DNA of 64,000 bases, from positions 4,836,001-4,900,000 of the forward strand of contig NC_043008.1 in assembly GCF_006345805.1 (NCBI RefSeq). Reading direction: 5' to 3'. The notes beneath the pieces are model-generated. The model did no database searches. It saw only the letters and a program-made list of their open reading frames with translations, and was not told where the DNA came from. A program made the position numbers and the translations under genes. The first letter of the stretch is position 1. Each line of letters opens with the position of its first letter. Below are positions 12,241 to 24,985 of the stretch, one piece after another. Source of the stretch: Octopus sinensis (Eukaryota).

Positions 12241-12750
12241 CATATCTAGATATATACATATATATACATATATATATACATATATATATATATACATATA
12301 TAGCATATATATAACATGTATATATATATATATACATATATACACATATATATATACATATACATACACATATATATATATACACACATATATATGTATA
12401 TATAGATATGCATACATATACACATATATACATATATATACATATATATATATATACATACATATATATACACATACACATATATATATATATACATACA
12501 TATACACATATATACATATATATATACATATATATATACATACATATATATACACATACACACACATATATATATACATACATAGATATATGTACATACA
12601 TATATAGACATATATATATACATACATACATATATACATACATATATATATACATATATATATATACATATATGTATGTATACATATATATATACATATA
12701 CATAATATATATATACATATACATTATATATATTATATATATATATCATA

Positions 12751-12785
<35 letters not shown>

Positions 12786-12811
12786 TATATACATATATAT
12801 ATATATAATAC

Positions 12812-12875
<64 letters not shown>

Positions 12876-12894
12876 ATATATAATATATAATACA

Positions 12895-12950
<56 letters not shown>

Positions 12951-12981
12951 CATAATAATATATATATACATATATATATAC

Positions 12982-13016
<35 letters not shown>

Positions 13017-13024
13017 CATATATA

Positions 13025-13120
<96 letters not shown>

Positions 13121-13287
13121 TACATAATATATATTATATATACATATATATATATATATATATACATATATATATAATATACATATATTACATATATCTA
13201 TATATACTATATATATATATATATACACATCTATAATATACATATATATATAATATACATATAAATATATATATACATATATATATC
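11846..13287. repeat. ~1.4 kb (TA)n/(TATACA)n microsatellite
   Basis: Direct inspection. Confidence 0.97.
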
Positions 13288-13289
13288 CT

Positions 13290-15360
13290 TAAATCCTTAA
13301 AAATGTTTTAGCCCGAAGGCCACGGCCATGCTGGGGCACCACTGCTGAATGAGCTACACTAGTTTGTGAATCCACCTCTGATACATGGCACTTGACCAAC
13401 AAGGGAGTTCGATGCTGCTGCCCGCATCCGTGTCTCCTGTCGTGAGGTAGGTTCATCTGGGACTCCCAACAAGAAGAGATCCAGTTTAGTTTTAAAGAAA
13501 CCCACATCCACACCATGTAAGTCTCTCAGGCATTTAGGGGAGGATGTTAAAGAGCTGTGGACCTCTGAAACCCAAGCTGTTGCAGTATCTGGACCTGTAT
13601 TTTGATGGTGATGTTGGAATCCTTGGCACCACGCAGCGGCGCCCCGTTCTGCGGTTGGAGTAACTTTGAATGCCAAAGTTTGGGACAAGACCCTCCAGGA
13701 TTTTCCAGAGATGTATATCACTGCATATCTCTCCGCCTCTGCTCCAGGGAGAAGAGGTTTAATACCTTCAGTCTTTCCAGTAGCTGACATTTTGCATTGA
13801 GACGATTTTCTTTGTGTAGCTTCTCTGAGTTGCTTCGAGTTCTGCTGTTTGTTTTATATTGTGTGGTGACCAAAGTTGGGAGCAGTAGTCCAAGCAGCTG
13901 AGGACGAATTTTTTTTCGATAGGACCATCAGTGTCTCCTTCTCTCTTGTTCTGAAAGTTCGGAGAATCCATCCAGCTAGCCGTCTGCATTTTATCACCAG
14001 ATTAGCAATATGCATTTGGAAAGATGCATCATTGCTCATGTCAATGCCCAGGTCACGCACTGATTTTGACTCATGGATTGCAATTCTTCCTGGGCCAGTG
14101 TATCCAGTCTTCACGTCATTTACCTTTGTGTGCCAGTAGCGCAGGGCCTGGAACTTACCTGCATTAAACTGCATGTTGTTGTCCTCAGCCCACCTGTATA
14201 TTGTGTCCAGCTCATGTTGCAGATGCGCAATATTTTCAGGGTTTGTATTGCGTGGGAGACTTGTGTGCATCTGCATAGCTAGCAAGGGTGGTCATCGTAG
14301 CAACTGAAGGCATGTCTGAAAGGGCCACTATGAACATCAGTGGCCCCAAGACAGTGCCCTGTGGGACACCGCTTGTTATTTGCGTTTCCTTGGAGGTGGC
14401 TCTTGCTCACAACTGCCTGTTTTGTCTTTTAGGAAGTTGTGCAGCCACTCTCCAAGTTTCCCGCCTATGCCGAGACCACGCAGTTTGTGACAGATCATAC
14501 CATGGTCGACTTTATCAAAGGCTTTTGCAAAGTCGAGATATATTACATCCACATTTGAGCCATTTAGTAGCTGTTTCAACACCCAGTCATAGTGTTGCAG
14601 GAGCTGTGTTAGGCAGCCTCTACCTGGTCGAAATCCATGCTGTGTGTCAGACAGTAAGTCATTTTCTTCAAGGAACATGATTAGTTTCTTACGGACTATT
14701 CGTTCCATGAATTTGCTGATGTGTGAGGTCAGAGAGATAGGCCTATAATTTTAGCATCTGCTTCTGCTACCTCCCTTATGGATAGGGCATATTACCCCCT
14801 CTTTCAATTTGATTGGGAGCTTACCACTTGCAAGAAAGCTCTGAAAAGAAGAAGCGTTGTTGTAGGGTTTTGCAAGGGCTCGTTTGCACGATTTGAGAAG
14901 ATCGGGGAATCCTCAGGTCCAGCAGCTGAGTTTGTGTCAATCTCATCAATGGCTAGTGTGATATCATCATCTTCGATGTTGATGTACTCAATTTTGTCTC
15001 TTTGGCCGCTGGTAAAGTGGCAAAGAATTCTTCTGGGTTGTTTACTTGCCTGTGTCCTAGAGGGGTAGTGAACACACATTGGAACTGTTCGTTCAGTATT
15101 CACTTATCCTCGTGGGATTTCCTGTGAGAGAGCCATCTTTTTGGAAGAGAGGTCCTATTCTCTGGTGCACTGTGGCTGTCTCTTTGGCAAACTTAAAGAA
15201 AGCTTTAGGGTTTGATTTTATATTTTCTATTACCCAAACTTCTTTATCTGCTCTCTCCTTTCCATGGGACTGATGTAGACTTTTCTCAGTTTCCATTAGC
15301 ATTCTTTCGAGCCGAGACTTCTCACCACTTTTTGTGTGCTTGCTCAGGCGGCTTGCAATA
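13290..15360 (-). mobile_element. CR1/L2-type LINE RT ORF2, ~2 kb, frameshifted
   Basis: QHGFRPGRGCLTQLL...[59 protein letters not shown]; multiple frameshifts. Confidence 0.92.
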
Positions 15361-15375
15361 TATACACATATATAT

Positions 15376-15860
15376 CATCATCATCATCATTTAACGTCCG
15401 CTTTCCATGCTAGCATGGGTTGGACGGTTCAACTGGGGTCTGGGGAGCCCGAAGGCTGCACCAGGCCAGTCAGATCTGGCAGTGTTTCTACAGCTGGATG
15501 CCCTTCCTAACGCCAACCACTCCGAGAGTGTAGTGGGTGATTTTATGTGCCACCGACACAGGTGCCAGATGAGGCTGGCGAACGGCCATGCTGGATGGTG
15601 TTGTTTTATGTGCCACCGACACAGGTGCCAGACAAAGGCTGGCAGACGGCCACGCTCGGATGGTGTTTTTACGTGCCACCGACACAAGTGCCAGATGAGC
15701 TGGCGAACGGCCACGATCGGATGGTTGTTTGTTACGTGCCCACAGCACGAGGCCAGTCGATGTGGTTACTGGCTACGGCCACGTTCAGATGGTTTTCTTG
15801 TGTGCCACGGCACTGGTACCACAAAGATACAAATTCCCTTGATGTCATCTATTTGATTTG
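15376..15860 (-). mobile_element. RTE LINE 3' UTR/tail with tandem units
   Basis: Reverse complement of the family at 468-997 and 55030-55421, ending in (GAT)n. Confidence 0.8.
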
Positions 15861-15869
15861 TTTGATTTT

Positions 15870-16107
15870 TTATATACATATATATACATAGATATATATA
15901 TACATATATATACATATATATACATATATACATATATATACATATATATATACATATATATACATATATATTATAACATATATATACATATATATATACA
16001 CATATATATATATATATACACATATATATATATACACATCTATATATACATATATATATATACATACATATATATATATCAATATATATATACATATATA
16101 TATATAC

Positions 16108-16140
<33 letters not shown>

Positions 16141-16591
16141 CACATATATAGATATACATATATAGATATACATATATAGATATACATATATATATATTAT
16201 ATATATAAATATACATATATATATATATACATATATAGATATACATATTAATATACATATATATATATACATATATATATATATACAATCTTATATATAT
16301 ACATATATATATACAACATATATACATATATATATACACATATATAACATATATATATACACATATAATATAATATACACCTATATATATATATACAATA
16401 TATATAATATTATATTACATATATATACATATATATATAATACATTATATATAATATATTACATATATATATATATACATATATATACATATATATATAT
16501 ATAATACATATATATACATAATATAATATATACATATATATACATATACTATATAACATCATATATATATATATACATATATATACATATA

Positions 16592-16650
<59 letters not shown>

Positions 16651-16755
16651 CATATATATATATACATATTATATAATATATACATATATATATATATACA
16701 TATACAATATCATATACATTATATACATATATATATATATACATATATATATATA
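15870..16755. repeat. (TA)n/(TATACA)n microsatellite
   Basis: Direct inspection. Confidence 0.97.
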
Positions 16756-17098
16756 AAAAAAAAAGACCCCCTTCGGTCATGAATGACCATGGGATTGCAC
16801 CTAGAAAGTTACCTTCCTAGATACAAGTCCGGGCAAGGTTGTTTATGGAAGGCCAGCAGTCGCCCATGCATACCAGCCTCCCCTCTCCACGCCACCAGTC
16901 TTATCCAAGGGAAAGACAAAGGTCGATACAGCTTGGCACCAGTGACGTCGCAACTCATTTCTACAGTTGAGTGAACTGGAGCAACGTGAAATAAAGTGTC
17001 TTGCTCGAGAACACAACACGCAGCCCGGTCCGGGATTCGAGCTCACAACCTCACGATCGTAAGCTCGACGCTCTAACCACTGAGCCATGCGCCTTCAC
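16756..17098 (-). mobile_element. tRNA-derived SINE family B with CORE-like central domain, apparently full length
   Basis: Head GGCGCATGGCTCAGTGGTTAGAGCG...GAGCTCGAATCCCGG (A and B boxes), then GAGCAAGACACTTTATTTCACGTTGCTCCAG. Confidence 0.85.
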
Positions 17099-17351
17099 AA
17101 CATATATATATATAAATATTTATATATATACATATATATATATATAAATATTTATATATATACATATATATATATATAAATATTTATATATATACATATA
17201 CATATTTATATATATACATGTTTATATATATACATATACATATATGTATACACATATTTATATATATACATATACATATACACATATATATATACACACA
17301 TATATATATATATATACACATATATATATATACATATATATATATACATAT

Positions 17352-17411
17352 CGGTGCCCCAGCATGGCCACAGCTCATAAGCTGAAACTAGAATCAATCA
17401 ATCAATCAATC
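17352..17411 (+). repeat. Inverted copy of the 3' tail of the LINE at 17861-18975
   Basis: 60 bp perfect reverse complement of 17865-17924. Confidence 0.9.
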
Positions 17412-17660
17412 ATACATATATATTATATATACATATATATATATTCATATATATACATATATATATACATATATATACATATATATATACATATATATAT
17501 ACATATATATATACATGTATATATATATACATATATATACATGTATATATATACATATATATAATACATATATATACATGTATATATATACATATACATA
17601 TATATATATACATTATATTACATATATATACATAACATATACATATATATATACATATAC

Positions 17661-17691
<31 letters not shown>

Positions 17692-17860
17692 AATATATAT
17701 ATATATATACATATTATATATATATACATATATATATATACATGTATATATATACACATATATATATATACATATTTATATATATACATGTATATATATA
17801 CACATATATATATACATATTTATATATATACATATATATATATATACATATATATATATT

Positions 17861-18975
17861 GATTGATTGATTGATTGATTGATTCTAGTTTCAGCTTATG
17901 AGCTGTGGCCATGCTGGGGCACCGCCATTTGGTGTTGCTACTTGGTTTCACTTCATGAAGGCTTTCTAGCAACTGCTATTTGGTGCATGAGAGAGTTCGA
18001 TGCAGCTGCCATCATCTGCCCCTCCTGCCGTGAATTTGGTTCATCCGGGACACCTGACAGGAAGAGATCCAGCTTCATTTTAAAGACATCTGTATCCACC
18101 CCATGCAGGTCTCTCAGGTTCATCGGGAGGATATTGAAGAGCTGTGGGCCTCGGAAGCCCAGGCTATCACAGAATCTTGTCCTACATCTTGATGGCAAGT
18201 TCGGAGTCCTAGGCACCACGCAGTGGCGCCCAGTTCTGGCATTTGCGTAACTCTTGATGCCAAAGTTCAGGACACTTCCCTCCAGGATCTTCCAGATGTA
18301 TATTATGGCATATCTTTCCCGCCTACGCTCCAGGGAATATAATTTTTATCTCTTGAGTCTTTCCCAGTAGCTTACATTCTGCATAGAGGCTATCTTCTTC
18401 GTGTAGCTATGTTGGATCGCCTCGAGCTCTGTGATCAACTTGACACTGGATGGTGACCATAACTGAGAGCAGTATAGTCAAAGTGGCTTAGGACAAGTGT
18501 CCTCCAGAGGACCATCATGGTTTCTTGTTCTCTTGTTCTAAAGGTTCTGAGGATCCATTCCGGCCAGTCGTCTACATTTCATTGCCAATTTAGCAACATG
18601 TACACGAAAGGTCGCGTCATCACTCATGTAAATACCTAGGTCACGCACTGATTGTGCCTCTGGGATTGCTATTCCTCCGGGTCCAGTGTATTCATTGGGT
18701 ATTGCATTTAGTTTTGCATGCTGATAGTATAGAGCTTGAAACTTTTCAGCATTGAACTGCATGCTATTCTTTCGGGCCACTTGTATATTTTGTCTAGTTC
18801 ACATTGCAGGTGTTTAGTGTCCTCAGGGTTCTGTATTGCCTGTGAAACTTTTGTATCATCTGCATAACTTGTGATCGTGGCTCTCTGCGTGGCTGAGGGC
18901 ATGTCTGAGAGGGCCATTATGAACAGTAGTGGTCCCAGAACAGTGCCCTGCGGAACACCGCTCACTATTTGCGTG
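17861..18975 (-). mobile_element. CR1/L2-type LINE, 5'-truncated, with (AATC)n tail
   Basis: [23 protein letters not shown]...[28 protein letters not shown]; tail GGCGGTGCCCCAGCATGGCCACAGCTCATAAGCTGAAACTAG(AATC)n. Confidence 0.92.
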
Positions 18976-19050
18976 TTAATATATACATATTTATATATAT
19001 ACATATTTATATATATACATATATATATATAGACATATATATATACATAC

Positions 19051-19081
<31 letters not shown>

Positions 19082-19211
19082 GACATATATATACATACAT
19101 ATATATATACATATATATATATATTTACATCTATATATATATATACATACATATATATATATATATAATATAAAATTATAAATATATAATATACATATAT
19201 ACACATATATG

Positions 19212-19333
19212 TACAAGTGACCTCCACTTGGAAGCCGAGGTGAAAGTTAAAAATTTCAAAACATTCGTGCTGATCGTGCTGGCAGAAGAAAGGGTGGGAC
19301 TGCCATTTATGTCCATGATTCATTCTCAACAGA
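19212..19333 (+). mobile_element. LINE APE endonuclease fragment abutting the gap
   Basis: With one frameshift reads [34 protein letters not shown] (APE R.DR...GG.A.Y motif). Confidence 0.6.
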
Positions 19334-19433
19334 NNNNNNNNNNNNNNNNNNNNNNNNNNNNNNNNNNNNNNNNNNNNNNNNNNNNNNNNNNNNNNNNNNN
19401 NNNNNNNNNNNNNNNNNNNNNNNNNNNNNNNNN
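19334..19433. other. Assembly gap (100 N)
   Basis: Run of 100 N. Confidence 1.
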
Positions 19434-19629
19434 TACGTTAAGATATATATATATAGTATATATATAATATATCTATATATATAACACACATTATATATAT
19501 ATACACATATATACATATATACACACATATATACATATATACACATATATATATATATTCACATATATATATACACACACCACACATATATATACACACA
19601 TATATATACATACATGTCCACACAGATAC

Positions 19630-19660
<31 letters not shown>

Positions 19661-20029
19661 CGTTCATATACATGTGTAACTCCAAGAAAATTAAGTGTTG
19701 TGGGTCCAACCCACTAAAAGATAATATCTATCCAATATACTGTTGGTATAACACCCAGTTATGAACACACAAGTGTCTTTTATTGCATTGCAATTTACTT
19801 ACCTATTGTATAAAATGGGTGAAGGTAAATCGATGTTTCACCATTAATCTTTATTGCAAATAAGAAAATGGAGAAGCACAATAGTTGGTTCATCAATTTC
19901 AGGACATTAAAATTTTAACTTATTTATTTATTAAAATGACAATTATGATAACATACATACATATAGCATATTATTCCATGCATATAAAATAAGAATACAA
20001 GCAGTGATTAAAAATCATGAATTTTGGCA

Positions 20030-20310
20030 TCAACCACGCTCAAATGGTGCTTTTTTATGTGCCTCCGGCAAGGGTGCCAATCAGGCAGTACTCTTATCAG
20101 CCATGACAACGACTTCACTTGCGTCAACAGTTCTTCGCAAGCACAGTTTATTGCCCAATGATTGACGGGTACCCTTAAATGGGCTGGTTATGCTGCACTG
20201 GCATAGGCCACGGTTACGGTCTCACTTGGCTTGCCGGGTCGATTGACTAAAACACTTGAACACAGTTCCCCAGCATCACCACAGTCCATTGATTGAAGCC
20301 TGTAAAAGAA
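20030..20310. mobile_element. Degraded RTE 3' UTR-like piece (minus) followed by a family A SINE tail (plus)
   Basis: GGTGCTTTTTTATGTGCC unit motif; CCCCAGCATCACCACAGTCCATTGATTGAAGCCTGTAAAAGAATAAAA. Confidence 0.4.
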
Positions 20311-20764
20311 TAAAATATAAAAATAAGGTTATCCGTCTTTCAATTGGACTATTTTCTTTAGTTTCATATACATCAAGTGTCCTAAAGCCTATATGAAATT
20401 GGTAACCATAGTAAAGAAATTCCATTCAGTCTGCCACCCGTTAATCTTTGCGATGTCAAAATAGTAATTTAGAAAAGATTGAAATGAAAATTCTGTATTA
20501 AACAACAGCAAAATGGTTTTGTAGTTGTATTAATAATTTGACAATATGGATTTCTAGGAACTCAGGTGGATCATATTACATCTAGCTGGCCCCGTGCCCG
20601 CAAAAATGATGGCCAACTGCTTCCTTCCTTTTTAAGTGTGTTTTTATATATATATATAGTTGGAAGAGGATGCATGGCATTCGATCATATAATAATATAA
20701 ATAATATATATATATGTGTATATACATATATGTACATACTTACATCTATACATATATATACGCC

Positions 20765-21035
20765 TATGCGGGCACAGGACGCCATGAAACGTGTACAACA
20801 ACAAAAAAATACAAAGTACGAGTCCATGGAATATGAACAATGAAAGACAGAAATGGAGAAGAAGACGAACAAGAGAAAGGAAAGACCCCTCATCAGTCGT
20901 CGGCTGGGTTTCTTGTCTCGTATTTCGAGCATTTAACAACAATATTTGCGTTCAATAAAACAGTTGCTCCAGCAAAGCAAATTAAATAAAATTTGGGAGT
21001 TTGTGGAGGATCACAATTGGTCACACAAACAGTGT
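20765..21035. mobile_element. Interspersed repeat (possibly Penelope-associated), copy 1
   Basis: Shares ATGAAACGTGTACA...CGAGTCCATGGAA and TCTCGTATTTCGAGCATTTAACAACAATAT with 49925-50176. Confidence 0.65.
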
Positions 21036-21425
21036 GTGTGCGTGTGTAATTCTATTTTCTATGTGTCTTTCTAAATTAACACACACACACATATATACAC
21101 TCACTCAAATAAATGTAAATATATTTTACGCAAGCACACAGATTTGAAGCACTGTTGACGTTTCACCCTCCCACTCCCATCAGTGGATCATCCCTTCCTT
21201 TCTCATTCATATGTTGTGACAGAGAAATACACAAGAGTGTCTTCATTATAGAAGATTATTATAGTAGACGCTCTCTTTGCCACTTCCTCTCTCTCATTGC
21301 TATTACTTTCTCTCACTCCCTCTCTCTCATTGCTATTACTTTCTCTCACTACTTCTTCACTGAATTACTATTTTCTCTCCTCTCCCTTCACCATTCACTC
21401 CTACTGCGTGATTTTCAGACAAATA

Positions 21426-21460
<35 letters not shown>

Positions 21461-21792
21461 ACACTATGCTCATTATATTAGGAGATATTACATTAATTAT
21501 TATATTATCAATTAATTTAGTAACAAACTTCAAAATAGCAAATTTTAATATTTAAAATCACCAGACAAATCCAGAATATAATCAATAAAAATAACTTAAC
21601 AACTGAGCAACCATTTTAACTCTAATAGAATCGGTTGTAAAGACTGAAGCTGCATCAGTATTAAAATATTTGCTGTCATTTTGTTACTTGATGCATTCAG
21701 TCGGTAAATAAATCTTAAAACTGTTAACTATTCTAACTAAAATAGTTCTTACAAAATAGTTTTGTGATCTAAATTTGTTTCATTGAGACATT

Positions 21793-21990
21793 GCATCCTT
21801 TAAAATCTCCATGCTTCCTGAAATTCCCCAACACTACACCTGATATCCCCACCTCCACCACACACATGCACACATGTATATCATGACTCGTACACTGTTC
21901 ACTTTTGTACATAATTCTATGGACTGTACATGCACCTTTGATGAGTTGTAGTGCACCTGAGCACTATACACAATAATTCCATTATTATTA
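21793..21990 (+). mobile_element. 3' UTR of the LINE family at 52800-53935
   Basis: TCCATGCTTCCTGAAATT...CAACACTACACCTGA ... GAGCACT..ATACAATAATT.CATTATTATTA matches about 53738-53935. Confidence 0.75.
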
Positions 21991-22187
21991 CTTATAAAAA
22001 TAGCTTAAGAGATATTCTCATCTATTTTAACAGAAATATTCACACAATTTTCCTGCCATTTGAATTTGACAAAGCTTTTGATTAATACAAGACGTTACTT
22101 ATGTGCTAAGGTGGTATTAAGTGGATGGCATAAAAATTTCCTATTTAGGGCTCAAATCTGTTACAGTTATTTTTTTTCTTCTCATAG

Positions 22188-22432
22188 ACAGAATTAAACT
22201 CTGTATTGCAAACCGACGACTCCTTCATTCATAATATACTCAATTCATTAGGATTGGGAGACTTTGAGACAGTGTCTTGGCCTTGTTGTGTCTGTTCATC
22301 TCAAACTACCACCAGACTAATGAATCTAACAAGCATCTCTGGCTTTTGTTTAGGAATTCAGCAAAACAATTATTTGCTGAGGCTTGCTAATATCAACAAA
22401 CTGGTTACAAATGATTGTGTTCCTGGTAAACG
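22188..22432 (+). other. Candidate exon (orphan gene or lncRNA)
   Basis: Strong acceptor ttttttttcttctcatag, 81 open codons, CG|gtgaga donor; in frame with the next micro-exon; no homology recognised. Confidence 0.3.
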
Positions 22433-22571
22433 GTGAGAATCCGAATAGGTTGTCAGCATATTTGTGTTTGAATCTGCCAGAGAAGATTATGACTGAATCT
22501 TGCTGTTCACCATGCACACAATCATTTATCAACTCATTCTGTGTTTTTACAGTATTTTTTGTTTCTAACAG

Positions 22572-22598
22572 TGACACCAAATGCCATCTGAATGGACT
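22572..22598 (+). other. Candidate 27 bp micro-exon
   Basis: ttttttgtttctaacag acceptor, CT|gtaagt donor, frame-preserving (RDTKCHLNGL when joined). Confidence 0.25.
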
Positions 22599-22865
22599 GT
22601 AAGTCCTTTGTAAGTTGTCTTGTCAAAGGACACAGCCCAGTGCTGATGACAAGATAGAAACTGCTGGTCTCTCAGGCGCATGGCCATACTGTGGCCTTTT
22701 TGTGCAGTGAGCAACTCAGCACTAAAATCTCAAATTTCAGAGCAACTCGGAATATTTGGGAAGTCTAGAAACAAGTAATGATGGGACTGCTAGCATATTC
22801 GATAAAATAAATCACTGATATTCTAATTAATTAAAATTATATCCCAGTGACAAGAACACTACCTA

Positions 22866-23150
22866 AGCCAGTGGATCTCAGACTTTTGCAACTTAGAACT
22901 CCTTTTCAAAGAATGGAATTTTACAAACACCCATTTCTCATACTTTGCTCCCCACCAAAATAAAAATAATAATTAAAAAGAAACATTTGCTAATGTTGTG
23001 CAAAGGCTCATTAGTCATATTTTCTTTTAGTATTCCATCCAAAATGTGACTTATTTCAGGGACATTTAAAAAATTGTAAGGACTTTCAATGAGATTACAG
23101 AGGATCTCATCCCATCATCAGTTACGTTTCTGTTCCCTGATAACACACTG
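22866..23150. mobile_element. Degraded hAT-like MITE
   Basis: Starts CAGTGGATCTCAGACTTTT and ends ...TGATAACACACTG. Confidence 0.3.
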
Positions 23151-23349
23151 CCTTGTTCCTATTTTAATTCCAGTAAACATTTTTTTTTTTAAGATATGAG
23201 CATTGTACTTTCTTTCAGCCAGATCTCCTCCTTCCTCTTGCCAACAATATTTCCCCCCATAGATATGTCTTCACAGAATATTGGAAATGAATGACACTGC
23301 CTCTATGATGGTGACACTCAGTTACAACTATCATGCGATGGGAAGACAG

Positions 23350-23530
23350 AGTGACACACACACACACTCGTGTGTACACATTCTTCTTTCAGTTTCTATT
23401 AAATCCACTTACAAGGTTTTGGTTGACCTGGGGCTATAGTAGAAGATACTTGCCCAAAGTCCCATGCAATGGGATTGAACCTGAAGCTATGTAGTTGGGA
23501 GGCAATCTTCTTAATCGCACAACCACTGCA
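23350..23530 (-). mobile_element. SINE family A, degraded 5' half
   Basis: AAGATACTTGCCCAAAG..CATGCAATGGGATTGAACC match. Confidence 0.7.
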
Positions 23531-24113
23531 CCCAATATTGTTTATAGAGTGATAACCTGAGTCAGAAGACCACCACCAGCCAAAGTGTAATCCATCTCAA
23601 ACATAAATTCAAAAATAAGCAAAGATGAACTAAAACATGTCCAACACATTCTGAGGGTTTCTCACAGACCAAATCCCAAACAAAAAGCTAATCTTTCAAT
23701 GTTTCTAAACATGTTTCTCACTTAAATGTCCGACAATTTCTCATTTATATGGAATTGGTCAAAAGCTATTTCTTGATTAATAGAAAATAGAAAGACCCTT
23801 TTTGCTTTAGTTGTTGTTGCTTAATCCTATGTCAGCTGTAATCAAGCGGATCTATGAACAGAGACATTCTAGCCATGACCATCCTTTCTTTTTGTACATC
23901 TACATCGATGTACATTGTCAAGTTTATCCTATTTTATTTAAGGTGTTACTATGTGCTTTGAGAATGATTTGGCTGCTATTTCTAACAGACTGCATAGAGG
24001 CATTTTTGTTTATTCATTGAAAAGAAAATATAATTACAAAGTTTATCAACATTTTTTAATGTGTTCTACTTATACATTACTAAATTGCATTATAAACATA
24101 TTTATATTTTGTG

Positions 24114-24171
<58 letters not shown>

Positions 24172-24814
24172 TCAACATTTTTTTCAGCTCAAGTTAATTT
24201 TTGTTTTCAAATTTTAATCAAAAAGGCACAAGAGCTAATATTGTCTTTGCAGAGCAGTTTTTTTTATTACAGCTTTTGAAACATTTCGATATCAAACTTT
24301 GTTTAAATATAAATTCATCAAAGTTCCATTTAATGCATCATTATAAAAAACAACATCTCCTTTATATTTTGCAATCTTTGAATCTACAAAAATAAATAAA
24401 ATTAAATTCAATTAATCTTCAAAAGATTCTGTCTGGAAAATTACATTGTTGTTAATCTTATGAACATGTTAATATTGTCTTTGTGTGTTTATATTACAAA
24501 CACTGAGCATGTTTCTCTCTTAAATCTTTAAATGAGTTGTAACTGTTAATAAGATTATCATTTTTCAGATTAACTTCATCTTTGGAGATGAAATTTTTTT
24601 CCAATATTTACATTCTATATTAATGCCTGTCTTGTGATGTTCGAGTGTTGGACAAAATACCCGGCATTTCTCTATTTACAGTCCTTTACATTATGAGTTT
24701 AAACACTATCAAGATCAAGCAAATAAAACAGCAGTTACAAACTCCTATCAGTATTTATCAATTGTACTCCACACCAAAATCTGACACTTTGTGCCTTCGA
24801 TACAAACGAAATGG

Positions 24815-24985
24815 GGAGGTGCAAGGCTTGGCGGTCAGTGTTTTTGGTTCACAATCATAAGGCTCTTTAGGTTAAACATGTCTGTGGAGTGCTCAGTCAC
24901 TTGTGCCTTAATTTCATGAGCAGACTGTCACCCTTGATCGAATCAACTGGAATGTTTGTCTTCGTAACCGACAGGGTGCCCAGCC
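24815..24985 (+). mobile_element. SINE-like repeat (separate family), degraded
   Basis: AGGTTAAACATGTCTGTGGAGTGCTCAGTCACTTG...TTGATCGAATCAACTGGAA...GTAACCGACAGGGTGCC resembles a common octopus SINE tail (from recall). Confidence 0.45.

Noticed and set aside
16756-17098. tRNA gene (Arg-like head)
   Set aside because: The head runs into a CORE-like SINE body with no proper acceptor stem or terminator; it is a SINE.
19212-19333. APE fragment as the inverted 5' part of the 17861-18975 LINE
   Set aside because: It abuts an assembly gap and is separated by microsatellite, so continuity cannot be established.
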